From: Candidatus Methanosuratincola mesotaenarum
GTDB taxonomy: Archaea; Thermoproteota; Methanomethylicia; Methanomethylicales; Methanomethylicaceae
Assembly: GCA_038801705.1 (NCBI GenBank)
Contig: JAULTC010000002.1
Span: forward strand, 3,072-67,071
Direction of reading: 5' to 3'
DNA length: 64,000 nucleotides
This document shows, one piece after another, positions 1 to 8,840 of this stretch (positions are counted from its first letter, which is position 1; the number at the start of each line of letters is the position of its first letter). The notes under the pieces were generated by a model. It made no database searches. It saw nothing but the letters and a program-made list of their open reading frames with translations, and was not told where the DNA came from. The translations under genes and the position numbers were made by a program.

Positions 1-134
1 TCTATGTTACGCTTTAGCAGCGTACCCATGGGCCCGAAGTCCAGAAAGCCTGCGACCCCGCCGTAAATCTCGGATGAAGGCCAGAAGAAGCCCCGCCTCC
101 TTCCAAGCTCCACTATTTTATCGTATTTATCCAT
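1..134 (-). CDS. glyS: glycyl-tRNA synthetase, N-terminal part (runs off window start)
   Basis: Manual translation of the reverse strand from the ATG at 134 gives [44 protein letters not shown], the GlyRS 'RRGF...SEIYGG..G..D.GP.G' N-terminus. Not in the ORF track. Confidence 0.9.
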   Translation of the reverse strand, partial: MDKYDKIVELGRRRGFFWPSSEIYGGVAGFLDFGPMGTLLKRNI

Positions 135-294
135 TGGAATGCCCTCGCAAGCCAGTCAGAATGATTAGTTACAGGGATATATGTATATTCATATCCACCT
201 GATCGTGTGGGGCAGGATCCCTTTTTAGTTGGGTATATATACGACCCCTGTAAGGCATAGGGTAGCTGCCATTTGGAAATTGAGAGTGGTAAAA

Positions 295-1185
295 ATGCCT
301 AATGCACCATTCTATCTTGACTCCCAGCTCGCTTATTTCGGAGGGTTCAAGAGGGAGTATGCAGACGCCGAATTTGCACTCTTTGGGGTTCCCTTCGATT
401 GCACATCAAGCTACAGACCAGGGTCCAGATTCGGCCCAAATGCAATAAGGGAGGCCTCTTCGAATATCGAAACTTGGTCTTGGAGAACGGGAATTGATTT
501 CGAGGACGTGAAGGTTCACGATCTAGGCAACCTCGCTGTGGTTTACGGCGACGCTGCCGAGACCATAAGGAGGGTCGCAGATACGGTCGAGGACATAAAC
601 TCGACAAGGAAAGTGCCTGTGATGATGGGAGGGGAACACCTCGTGACGCTGGGTTCAGCAAAGGCCCTAAAGGACTGCACTTTCATATCTTTCGATGCCC
701 ACTTCGATCTTAGAGACGAGTACCTCTCGAATAAGCTCTCCCATGCTTGCGTGATGAAGCGCATCATAGAGGAGGAGGGTAAGGACAGGGTAATCCCATG
801 CGGAGTTAGGGCTACCTTTGGAGAGGAGGTGAGATGGGTCAAGGAAAACGGCATAAGGTACTTGACCTCGAGGGATCTGCTGAGGGAGGGCGTAAACTCT
901 TCCTCTTTGTGGCTGAAGGAGCAGATCAAGGACGCTGGAAAAATTTACATCAGTATCGACATGGATGTGATTGACCCGGCGTATGCCTCAGGCGTTGGTA
1001 ACCCAGAACCTGAGGGGATCACCCCAAGTCTGCTACTCGATATTCTGGCAGACCTCATAGACGACAGGGTCGTAGGGTTCGATTTGGTCGAGGTGGCACC
1101 ACCATACGACAATGGAAACACTGCGATCTTGGCTGCTAAGATGATATCTGAGGTCTGTATGATGATAAAACAGGCGTGGCGCTGA
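295..1185 (+). CDS. speB: agmatinase (ureohydrolase family)
   Basis: Motifs GVPFD, RPGSRFGP, GGEH, DAHFD and SIDMDVIDP. Start moved to ATG 295 (ORF track starts at 229). Confidence 0.9.
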   Translation: MPNAPFYLDSQLAYFGGFKREYADAEFALFGVPFDCTSSYRPGSRFGPNAIREASSNIETWSWRTGIDFEDVKVHDLGNLAVVYGDAAETIRRVADTVEDINSTRKVPVMMGGEHLVTLGSAKALKDCTFISFDAHFDLRDEYLSNKLSHACVMKRIIEEEGKDRVIPCGVRATFGEEVRWVKENGIRYLTSRDLLREGVNSSSLWLKEQIKDAGKIYISIDMDVIDPAYASGVGNPEPEGITPSLLLDILADLIDDRVVGFDLVEVAPPYDNGNTAILAAKMISEVCMMIKQAWR

Positions 1186-1191
1186 ATCAGA

Positions 1192-1338
1192 TCAGCGTGC
1201 ATTTGTCTCTCTTATGATGGGAGATCTCGACTTGTAAAGAATCCTGTGGCCGCATACGGGGCACCTGATTCCTGGCAGACCCATGAGTTCGTTGCTGTCT
1301 ATGGTCTTTCCGCATTTCTCACAGAGGTAGGTTGCCAT
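1192..1338 (-). CDS. rpoP: DNA-directed RNA polymerase subunit P (Rpo12)
   Basis: MATYLCEKCG...IRCPVCGHRILYKSR zinc ribbon; start at the internal ATG 1338. Confidence 0.9.
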   Translation of the reverse strand: MATYLCEKCGKTIDSNELMGLPGIRCPVCGHRILYKSRSPIIRETNAR

Positions 1339-1552
1339 GTTCAACATCCGAACAATAGAGAATGTTCCCTGTTTAAAAGCATTGCGAAAGCAATCGATCA
1401 AACAGTAGCAGTCAAATATCTGGGGGCGAGGTTGTGATCCGCCTCCCCTTTCTTTTTAGAAAGGACTGGGCTTCAGAAGTGGATAACTCTGCCCGATCCG
1501 ATTGGGGGCGGTTAAAAATAAAAAAGATGGCTGCAAATAGGTCAATACCATT

Positions 1553-3202
1553 ATGGGGGCGATGCTGATCATAACAATGAATTTCGCTTATTTAAGATTC
1601 AAGGATAGCGCAAGCAGGGCGCTTTCTCCAGATCAGTGTGATGTGGTAGCGATACTCAAGGCCTCGAACTTATTTGGGAAGAGGTGGAGGAGCGTACTCA
1701 AGCTCTTCAAGGAGGAGAAGAGGATAGATTCCATTTTCAGGGTTTATTACCCCATCTATCTGGTCAGGATTCAAGGCAAGATAATAGCGGTCGATGGCAT
1801 TGGGATTCAGGAGACACGCTTCAATGAGGACGGGCTTTTTGAAGGGGCAATACTCAACACGAGAACAGTTTTCCAGCCTGTCTTCGGCACCGATCTCTGC
1901 AACTGGCTCGGCGAGTGGCACGAGACCTCATCCGAAGCGGAGGAGATACGGAACGGGTTCGCGATCTCACCGGTACTCTCGAAGGATGAAGCCACGAATG
2001 CTGCAACCGAAGTCATGATGATCCATGACTCAGATTTGCAAGTGATTGAGAAGATTGAGAAGGAAATTTCAGCATTGAACGATCAATACAACCGAGCCCA
2101 GCTGGAGCTGACGGAGCGACAGAAGGCGTTGCTTGACGAATTTGACAGAAAAATCTCGCTTAAAGGCACCGAGATAGAGGGGCTGGAGACATACAGTGAG
2201 ATGAAAACGATAGAAGAGTTGAAGGCGAACTTCGGCAAAAAGCTTGAGTCGATAAGGAGTCGGAAGATGGAGATAGAGAGGAGGAGGAAAGAGATCACGG
2301 GCAGGATCTCGGAGCTGGAGAAGGAGAAGGAGAAACTGCTCTCAAGAAAAGAGGCACTGTCCAGAAGGGCATCTGCTCTGAATCGAAGGCTAGAGAGCCT
2401 GCTGGGTGAGCGGGAGAAGCTGAACGCAGGTGGAGCGGGTCCGAAAATGATCAATGAGAACATAACCAACGCCGAAAAGATCAGCCGGGAGGTCGACAAG
2501 CTCCAGAGAGAGATCGAGGGCTGTGTATCGAGATTCAACAAGGTCGTTGCAGAGATTGGGATTCTGACGGAAAGTTTTAAAGAGCTCGAGAGGGAGCTGG
2601 CAACCCTAAATGAAAAAGAGCGCCTTCTCCCCTCTAAGGAGGAGGAAGAGGTCGACAAAGTTCACAGGTGCTTTTCAGGCAGGCGCGAGATCCTTGTGAA
2701 AGAGCTGATGGAGCTGACCGAAGAGAAGGAGCGGGGCATGATGGAACTCAGAGCCGAGGAGAAACAAGAGAGGATAAGGTACAGCGATAAGCTCCGGAGG
2801 CTGCAGTTCCTGCTGGCTAAGGCTAAAGAAGATTATCAAGCCGCAAGATCAATAATGATCCAGGACGAGGATGGGGAAGAGTGGGAGACGGAGATGATCC
2901 AGATACCCTTCTATGTTTACATCTCCGATGGTGAATTCAGAACCATTGAACCCCAGATTATCATAGGAGAGCATGGCAAGGTAGTGAAGTCCGGCGGTAC
3001 CTGCCTAGTGCAGGGAGGAGGCGAGTACCTGCAAGCAAACTGGGATGCACTCGCGGTGCTCCTCTTCAAAGCCAGGGACAGTTTCAATCTTCTATCCCTC
3101 GAAAACCGGAGGAGGATAATCGCGGCTGCAGAGTCGCTCAGGTCGATGGGGGTCATAAATAACTTCCAGCTGTCGTACATCATGGCGGTTGAGACAAAAT
3201 GA
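1553..3202 (+). CDS. uncharacterised long coiled-coil protein
   Basis: Long E/K/L/R-rich heptad region between globular ends (VYYPIYLV near the N-terminus, IPFYVY near the C-terminus); no Walker motifs; overlaps the next gene by ATGA. Confidence 0.7.
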   Translation: MGAMLIITMNFAYLRFKDSASRALSPDQCDVVAILKASNLFGKRWRSVLKLFKEEKRIDSIFRVYYPIYLVRIQGKIIAVDGIGIQETRFNEDGLFEGAILNTRTVFQPVFGTDLCNWLGEWHETSSEAEEIRNGFAISPVLSKDEATNAATEVMMIHDSDLQVIEKIEKEISALNDQYNRAQLELTERQKALLDEFDRKISLKGTEIEGLETYSEMKTIEELKANFGKKLESIRSRKMEIERRRKEITGRISELEKEKEKLLSRKEALSRRASALNRRLESLLGEREKLNAGGAGPKMINENITNAEKISREVDKLQREIEGCVSRFNKVVAEIGILTESFKELERELATLNEKERLLPSKEEEEVDKVHRCFSGRREILVKELMELTEEKERGMMELRAEEKQERIRYSDKLRRLQFLLAKAKEDYQAARSIMIQDEDGEEWETEMIQIPFYVYISDGEFRTIEPQIIIGEHGKVVKSGGTCLVQGGGEYLQANWDALAVLLFKARDSFNLLSLENRRRIIAAAESLRSMGVINNFQLSYIMAVETK

Positions 3203-4455
3203 AGGTCCTATATGCAAGTCAGTCTTTCCTGCCTAGCACAGGCGGGGTTTCGTACTATCTCATGTGGCTGGGGAGGAGGCTAAAGGAAGCTGGGCACGAG
3301 GTCGTGTTCGTTAATATGAAGCCGCCGAAGGGCTCGTCGAAGGAAGAAATAGCAGGGTTCAAGGTGTTCAGGGTCCCTGACGAAGGCGAGTTTGACCATG
3401 ACATGCTCAATGGCTACTCGAAGTTCAAGGAGCTCATACTGAAGGTCTTCCACAACAGGCAGGTCCCAGTCGACATGTTTTACAATAAGCACCTCTACGG
3501 CTACAACGAGTATGCGAAGGTTAACGACGCTTTTCAGAGGGTGATATGCGAGGCCGCAGACGCTGAGGGGCCGGACATCATCCACATCCACGATTTCCAG
3601 CTCCTCCCTTGCCTGACATCCCTCAAGGACAAGCCCTGGCCATTGGTATTCACGTGGCATGTCCCGTTCACCGAGGAGGTTCATCAGGCATGGAGGGAGG
3701 CGATAGTAGAATACATGAGAAATGCTTCAAGCGCGATATTTTCAACGAAGGGATACACAAGTGCAGCAATAAAGTCCGGCCTCCCGTTCAACAGGGTGAG
3801 CACGATTCCGCCGTTCATAGACGTTGAACAGCCAAGGGCGAGGTTCAGGGAAAAGTTTGGAATAGGGGACGGCGTGAAGGTCATAATATGTGTCGCCAGG
3901 ATGGACCGGTTCAAGGGTCAAAGCGTCCTCCTCGAAGCAGCGGCGAAACTTGGCACTGACTATAGGCTCGTTTTCATCGGCAACGGCTCATTCAGCAAGG
4001 ATGTCCTGAAGGTGAAGGATAAGGAAAGCTACGGGAACGAGCTAAAGGAGAAGGCTAAAAGCGACGTTTACTCGGGCAGGGTGATCTTCACCGGGGCGGT
4101 TGACCGGGACCTCCTGATGGCAGCCTACAATGAGTGCGATCTCGTCGTGTTGCCATCTGTGCACGAAGGGTTTGGCCTTGCGATAACTGAGGGCATGGCG
4201 TATGGGAAGCCGGTTATTGGAGCTGCAGTCGGAGGGATACCGTCACAGATCTGGCCAGGCGTAAACGGCTACCTGGTCAGACCCAACGATCCGGAGTCCC
4301 TAGCCGATGCAATTCTCCACATCCTGAGAAATGACGACCTTGCAGAGGAGATGGGAAAGAACAGCAAGGCGATCTATGAAAAGTATTTCTCCTCAAAGCG
4401 CGGTGCACAGGACCACTTGCAGCTCTACAATAGAATACTCAAATTCGGGGTTTGA
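3199..4455 (+). CDS. GT4 glycosyltransferase, TreT/trehalose-synthase-like
   Basis: Motifs IHIHDFQ, WHVPF, ARMDRFKG, EGFGLAITE and VGGIPSQI. Confidence 0.8.
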   Translation: MKVLYASQSFLPSTGGVSYYLMWLGRRLKEAGHEVVFVNMKPPKGSSKEEIAGFKVFRVPDEGEFDHDMLNGYSKFKELILKVFHNRQVPVDMFYNKHLYGYNEYAKVNDAFQRVICEAADAEGPDIIHIHDFQLLPCLTSLKDKPWPLVFTWHVPFTEEVHQAWREAIVEYMRNASSAIFSTKGYTSAAIKSGLPFNRVSTIPPFIDVEQPRARFREKFGIGDGVKVIICVARMDRFKGQSVLLEAAAKLGTDYRLVFIGNGSFSKDVLKVKDKESYGNELKEKAKSDVYSGRVIFTGAVDRDLLMAAYNECDLVVLPSVHEGFGLAITEGMAYGKPVIGAAVGGIPSQIWPGVNGYLVRPNDPESLADAILHILRNDDLAEEMGKNSKAIYEKYFSSKRGAQDHLQLYNRILKFGV

Positions 4456-4468
4456 GGGGGAAGTTCCA

Positions 4469-5731
4469 ATGAAAGGCGGCGGCATATTAAGCGGATTCTA
4501 TAGGAAGGGGGTCGACGAGAGGATAGAGATACTAAAGGAAATCTCGGGGCTTGGAGAAGAGGACATCCGTAGGCTCAAGGAAGGGCTAACCATCGAGACT
4601 GCGAATGTTATGGTTGAGAACGTCGTGGGGATGTTCCAGCTCCCGCTTGGGATCGCTACAAACCTGAAGGTGAACGACAGGGACTACCTTGTCCCGATGG
4701 CAACAGAGGAGGCCTCTGTGGTTGCAGCCGCGAGCCACGCAGCCAAGCTGGCTCTGCCAGAGGGGTTCAAGGCATCCAGCACGAGGCCTGTAGTGCGCGG
4801 GCAGGTCCAAGTGATCGGGCTCGATGATCTGGAAGCATCTTCCCTGAGGATCCTGGCCGCTAGGGAGGGGCTGATAAGGGAGGCGAACCAATTTGCAGGA
4901 TCGCTCCCTAATATGGGTGGAGGGGTAATTGACCTAAAAGTCAAGACGTTTGAGAGACCAAGGAGGATGCTCGTGGCCGAGTTTTATATCGACTGCAGGG
5001 ACGCGATGGGGGCAAACGCGGTTAATACAGTTGTGGAGGGGATCGCCCCGAGGATCGAGGATCTCACAGGGGGCAGGAGCCTGCTGAGGATCCTGTCTAA
5101 CCTCACCACCGAAAGGATGGCCCGATCCAGCGTGGTCTACAGGCGAGATGCCATAGGGGACGAAATTATCGAGGGGATCATCGCGGCATACGACTTCGCT
5201 ATTGCGGACCCGTACCGTGCAGCGACTCACAACAAGGGGATTATGAACGGGATAACGGCGGCGACGATAGCCACAGGAAACGACTCTAGGGCAGTGGAGG
5301 CAGGGGCCCATGCTTATGCCGCACTCTCTGGGAGGTACCTCCCGCTGTCCAAGTGGCGGAGGGACAATAAAGAGAATCTTGTAGGAGAACTTGAGCTCCC
5401 CTTGGCGCTTGGAACGGTCGGTGGCGCCACAAGGGTCCACCCTGTCGCCCAGACCGCGCTGAAGATACTCGGCGTGAGTGGTGCTGGCGAGCTTGCAGAG
5501 GTAGTATGCTCGGTCGGGCTCGCACAGAACTTTGCGGCATTGAGGGCGCTTGTGAGCGAAGGGATCCAGAAGGGGCATATGAGGCTCCATTCCAAGAATG
5601 TGGCGATCATGGCAGGGGCTGTGGGGGGCGAGATCGACAGGGTCGCCCGAATTATGGTTGCTGAAGGCAATGTGAGGGCCTCCAGGGCAAAGGAGATTTT
5701 GGATGAGATCAGGGGGAGCCCCTCAGGCTAG
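4469..5731 (+). CDS. mvaA: HMG-CoA reductase, class II
   Basis: Motifs ENVVG, PMATEEASVVAA, DAMGAN, ATHNKGIMNG and GIQKGHMRLH. Start set at ATG 4469 after GAGGGGG. Confidence 0.92.
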   Translation: MKGGGILSGFYRKGVDERIEILKEISGLGEEDIRRLKEGLTIETANVMVENVVGMFQLPLGIATNLKVNDRDYLVPMATEEASVVAAASHAAKLALPEGFKASSTRPVVRGQVQVIGLDDLEASSLRILAAREGLIREANQFAGSLPNMGGGVIDLKVKTFERPRRMLVAEFYIDCRDAMGANAVNTVVEGIAPRIEDLTGGRSLLRILSNLTTERMARSSVVYRRDAIGDEIIEGIIAAYDFAIADPYRAATHNKGIMNGITAATIATGNDSRAVEAGAHAYAALSGRYLPLSKWRRDNKENLVGELELPLALGTVGGATRVHPVAQTALKILGVSGAGELAEVVCSVGLAQNFAALRALVSEGIQKGHMRLHSKNVAIMAGAVGGEIDRVARIMVAEGNVRASRAKEILDEIRGSPSG

Positions 5732-5965
5732 AGACATGGCTCCCACTGAACATTAGGAGACTACACACTTGGGATCGCATCCCCAATTTCATTGACTATG
5801 GGACTTGCATTCCTTCGGGCGCATGTGCTAAAACCCAGGACGGAACACGGCGCAGTTGCCGCACGCTACGATTATTATCAACAATCAGCACTCTCTTCAA
5901 GTAAGATATGCACCACTGATGGGGAGGCATACTGGTTATATAGAATTCTTGTCTAGTGATCGTTT

Positions 5966-6541
5966 GTGGTCAGGTTGGGTTTCGAGAAGCTTGCTGGAAT
6001 CGCTGCGGTGCTCAGGAATATGCCAAGGACGGGCTGGCTCCAAAGGGGCGTGCCTAGGAGTGTGGCAGAAACGGTTGCGGAGCACACATTCATGGTTGCA
6101 TTGATCCTTAGCTACATCTCATCCAGTTGCAGATCAAGGCAGTTGGATCGAGAGAGCATGATCCTCATGGGGATAATGCACGACATTGGAGAGGCGGTCA
6201 CGGGGGACATCCCAAGGAGCCTCACTGAAAAAATGGGGAAGGGGACCAAAGAGGGGATCGAATCTGAAATAATCAAAGGGATCTTTGATGATCCTGACGG
6301 CGGCAGACTCGCAGAGCTGTTCTTGGAGTATTTGGAAAGGAAGACCACAGAGGCCAAGATTGTAAAGTTCGCAGATCTGGTAGCCACGCTCAGACAGGCG
6401 GAGACCTATTTCGAAAGAGGATTCCCTATGGGCGATATAATCAACTCTTGTAGGGAGGAGGCACGGGCAATCGTCGAGGAGATTGACGAGGAGGATCTTA
6501 AGACTCTTTTGACGAGGGCTCTTGGGGCGAAAGACAGATAA
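5966..6541 (+). CDS. HD-domain phosphohydrolase (YfbR/HDDC2 5'-deoxynucleotidase-like)
   Basis: Motifs RTGW, ETVAEH, MHDIGEAVTGDIP and KFAD. Confidence 0.88.
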   Translation: MVRLGFEKLAGIAAVLRNMPRTGWLQRGVPRSVAETVAEHTFMVALILSYISSSCRSRQLDRESMILMGIMHDIGEAVTGDIPRSLTEKMGKGTKEGIESEIIKGIFDDPDGGRLAELFLEYLERKTTEAKIVKFADLVATLRQAETYFERGFPMGDIINSCREEARAIVEEIDEEDLKTLLTRALGAKDR

Positions 6542-6564
6542 ATCGATCGGAGTATCCGGTAAGT

Positions 6565-6846
6565 ATGGCAAAAGAAGATGAAAATCGGTGCGAGAAGGTG
6601 TCCGAAGAAGGCGAAGAAAGGCAATACTACATGCCTATCCCGGCAGGGACTCCCTACTCAGTGATTGCTGAGGCAGCGAACAGATTCGGGGTCGAGCTGA
6701 CGGAGAAAGAGGTTATCGTTCCAGGGATAGGGGAGAACGAGGCTGCGCCGCTTGCATGGGTGCTCGTCGGAAGCAGGGAAAACCTCGAGAAGGCCCATGA
6801 GTTCATAGTAAAAAAAATGACCGAGATGTTAGAGAAGTTCAGGTAG
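6565..6846 (+). CDS. small hypothetical protein
   Basis: 93-aa ORF with host-like composition filling the gap; IPAGTP...FGVEL...GSRENLEKA. Confidence 0.65.
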   Translation: MAKEDENRCEKVSEEGEERQYYMPIPAGTPYSVIAEAANRFGVELTEKEVIVPGIGENEAAPLAWVLVGSRENLEKAHEFIVKKMTEMLEKFR

Positions 6847-7357
6847 GAGCAGTACCACCCATATGGGCGCTTAGCCGCCTGTCCTCTTCCTGCAGCTCGC
6901 TCTGCAGATTCTTTACAATCTTCGAGACCGAGGCGAGGAAGATCTGCTCGACTGCCCTTCCGAGTGAGGCGCCAAGCGCCTCGCAGAGGTCCGAGAACTT
7001 CTCAGAATTCTTGTCCAGGAAAGAGTAGAAAGACTCCGCCATCGCCTGATAAAGATCCTCAGCCAGTTCGGAGTTGATGTGTTCTCCAGAGATCTCCATC
7101 GAGAATTCGAGCGCGTATAGGTCAGGACCGTTTCCTGTCCCAGGGATCCGCCTAACCAGTTCTGAACCTACCAGATTTTCCAGCCGGTCTGCAGCATCCT
7201 TGTCACTGATCATCAGGATATCGGAGAGCTGATCACGCGTCAGGGGACCTCTCCGAAGGGAGAGCAAGACCTCGCGGGATTTTTCGTCCAGCAGGGCACC
7301 ACAGACTTCTGCAAGTTTTTCATCAGGAACTACTAGACACACCATTCTTATCACCAA
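6839..7357 (-). CDS. ArsR-like winged-helix protein
   Basis: wHTH pattern ALLDEKSREVLLSL..GPLTRDQLSDIL...RLENLVGSELV; last gene of the mcrD-mcrC-mmp5 run; exact start uncertain. Confidence 0.7.
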   Translation of the reverse strand: MVIRMVCLVVPDEKLAEVCGALLDEKSREVLLSLRRGPLTRDQLSDILMISDKDAADRLENLVGSELVRRIPGTGNGPDLYALEFSMEISGEHINSELAEDLYQAMAESFYSFLDKNSEKFSDLCEALGASLGRAVEQIFLASVSKIVKNLQSELQEEDRRLSAHMGGTAPT

Positions 7358-7793
7358 GAGACTTCAGGAATGATCTTATCTTCGAAACCATTATCTTTGC
7401 ATCGTCTTCCGTGCGCGGGTACGGAACGGTAACCACAGGGATATTCCTTCGCTTTAATAGGTATCGGATGAATTCGTTGGTCCTACCACAGCTGGCACAA
7501 CCGAAGAGGGCATCGGACTCCTCCACCACGATTGCGGCATCGGCTTCCTCTATCAGCGGACCTATTAGGGCGATCCGACCCCTCACTCCGGACGGGACCT
7601 CAATCGCAGCGTACTTCAGCCCCTTCCTAGGAAATTCTGGGGTGATGTTCATCGGAGGAGAGTCAATCTCTGGTTTCGAGAGGTTCTTTGCGACTTCCTC
7701 GCCGAGGCCCAGGGGCGTGTGTCCCTCGCGCGTTACGAGATCGTAAAGGATCAGGCTGTTGGGTGGGAATATGAAAACTTTAGCCAACATCAT
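7323..7793 (-). CDS. mmp5: methanogenesis marker protein 5
   Basis: Motifs KVFIFPPNSLILYDLV, KGLKYAAIEVPSGVRGR and FGCASCGRTNE. Confidence 0.92.
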   Translation of the reverse strand: MMLAKVFIFPPNSLILYDLVTREGHTPLGLGEEVAKNLSKPEIDSPPMNITPEFPRKGLKYAAIEVPSGVRGRIALIGPLIEEADAAIVVEESDALFGCASCGRTNEFIRYLLKRRNIPVVTVPYPRTEDDAKIMVSKIRSFLKSLGDKNGVSSSS

Positions 7794-8448
7794 TCCTCCC
7801 GAGCATCACTTCTTTACTGTCTATCTTGCTTAACCAAAACTTCACTTTTATCACTATCTCGTTCAGCTTTTCCCTCGGGCAGCTGACGCCACGGACGACG
7901 CCAGTAACGACATCCAAAATCACCCCAGCGCACTCGACCTTGCCAGGCGGGGGTCTCACTAGCCTGGTGATTATTCCGACCTTTGCAAAGTCCTCGTAAT
8001 CCACAGGAGCTTCGCAGACCACTATCGCAGGGATGTCAACATACCGGAGGAATGACTTTGCCTTGTGAACCACATGACCGCTGATCCCGCCAAGATGGAT
8101 GAGGGCCAGCTTGAAGCGCTTGATCTGGAAGACTTCCTTCTCGTTTATGCCAGCCATCGATCCTCCAGGGGCCCCCCCATATGGGGAGTCGGGAGGCACG
8201 CCGGAGCCTGACTCGAGTACCAGAACGCTGGTCCGTATCTTCTGCTCCCTGAGCCCGTATGTGATCTCGCAGATGGGCTTGGTTATATGCCGCTTGGAAG
8301 GGGACATCGCAATTGCAACTACCTCAAAGCTCTCAGACTCGGAGATTGTCCCCCGCTGGGCTAGACCACCCCCTTCGCCAATGCCCATCGATTCTCTGCA
8401 GTCGACGATCTGCACATCCCTGCCCATCGAGTCCTGCAATTGGTTCAC
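7780..8448 (-). CDS. mcrC: methyl-coenzyme M reductase operon protein C
   Basis: Motifs VDCRESMGIGEGGGLAQRGT, SPSKRHITKPICEIT and VTGVVRGVSCP. Confidence 0.95.
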   Translation of the reverse strand: MNQLQDSMGRDVQIVDCRESMGIGEGGGLAQRGTISESESFEVVAIAMSPSKRHITKPICEITYGLREQKIRTSVLVLESGSGVPPDSPYGGAPGGSMAGINEKEVFQIKRFKLALIHLGGISGHVVHKAKSFLRYVDIPAIVVCEAPVDYEDFAKVGIITRLVRPPPGKVECAGVILDVVTGVVRGVSCPREKLNEIVIKVKFWLSKIDSKEVMLGRNDVG

Positions 8449-8771
8449 CTTTCGAGTCCACGTATGTAGTCCTTGACTGTCGGCTTCGGCTTAGTGAATT
8501 GCCCTATACGCATGTCGTAACCATAAGGCATTGTCTGGTCACAGACCGGCCTCAGCTTTGCTATGATCTCTTCGGGAGAGAAACCGGCTTTCACGACAAT
8601 GATGAACCTGCCCGTGAGAGACCCTCCGCCGGAGTACCTGGGACCTTGGGTCAGAACCTCCTCAACCCCCTCGGTATCACGCATTATTGCAGCCAAGTCC
8701 TTTGCCTTCTTGTCGCTCATTAGCCTCCTGGGCATGACCTCGATTTCCCTGAACTCAGCTTGCTGAAACAT
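8445..8771 (-). CDS. mcrD: methyl-coenzyme M reductase operon protein D (short form)
   Basis: IEVMPRRLM, QGPR and C-terminal GQFTKPKPTVKDYIR match the McrD termini; overlaps the mcrC start. Confidence 0.8.
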   Translation of the reverse strand: MFQQAEFREIEVMPRRLMSDKKAKDLAAIMRDTEGVEEVLTQGPRYSGGGSLTGRFIIVVKAGFSPEEIIAKLRPVCDQTMPYGYDMRIGQFTKPKPTVKDYIRGLER

Positions 8772-8840
8772 TCCGGATCACTAACCTATAAATTAATCAG
8801 GGATTTAATAATCTAGTGCTACCGCTGGAGTGGGATCCCA
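8772..8840. promoter_or_regulatory. divergent promoter region between mcrD and mmp3
   Basis: 69-bp gap between head-to-head operons containing the AT-rich boxes CTATAAATTA and ATTTAATA. Confidence 0.5.

Noticed and set aside
5732..5965. ncRNA or tRNA in larger intergenic gaps (also 16350-16620, 62460-62790, 63480-63698)
   Set aside because: No tRNA cloverleaf, T-loop or clear C/D box pair seen by eye; an Infernal/tRNAscan search would be needed to exclude them.
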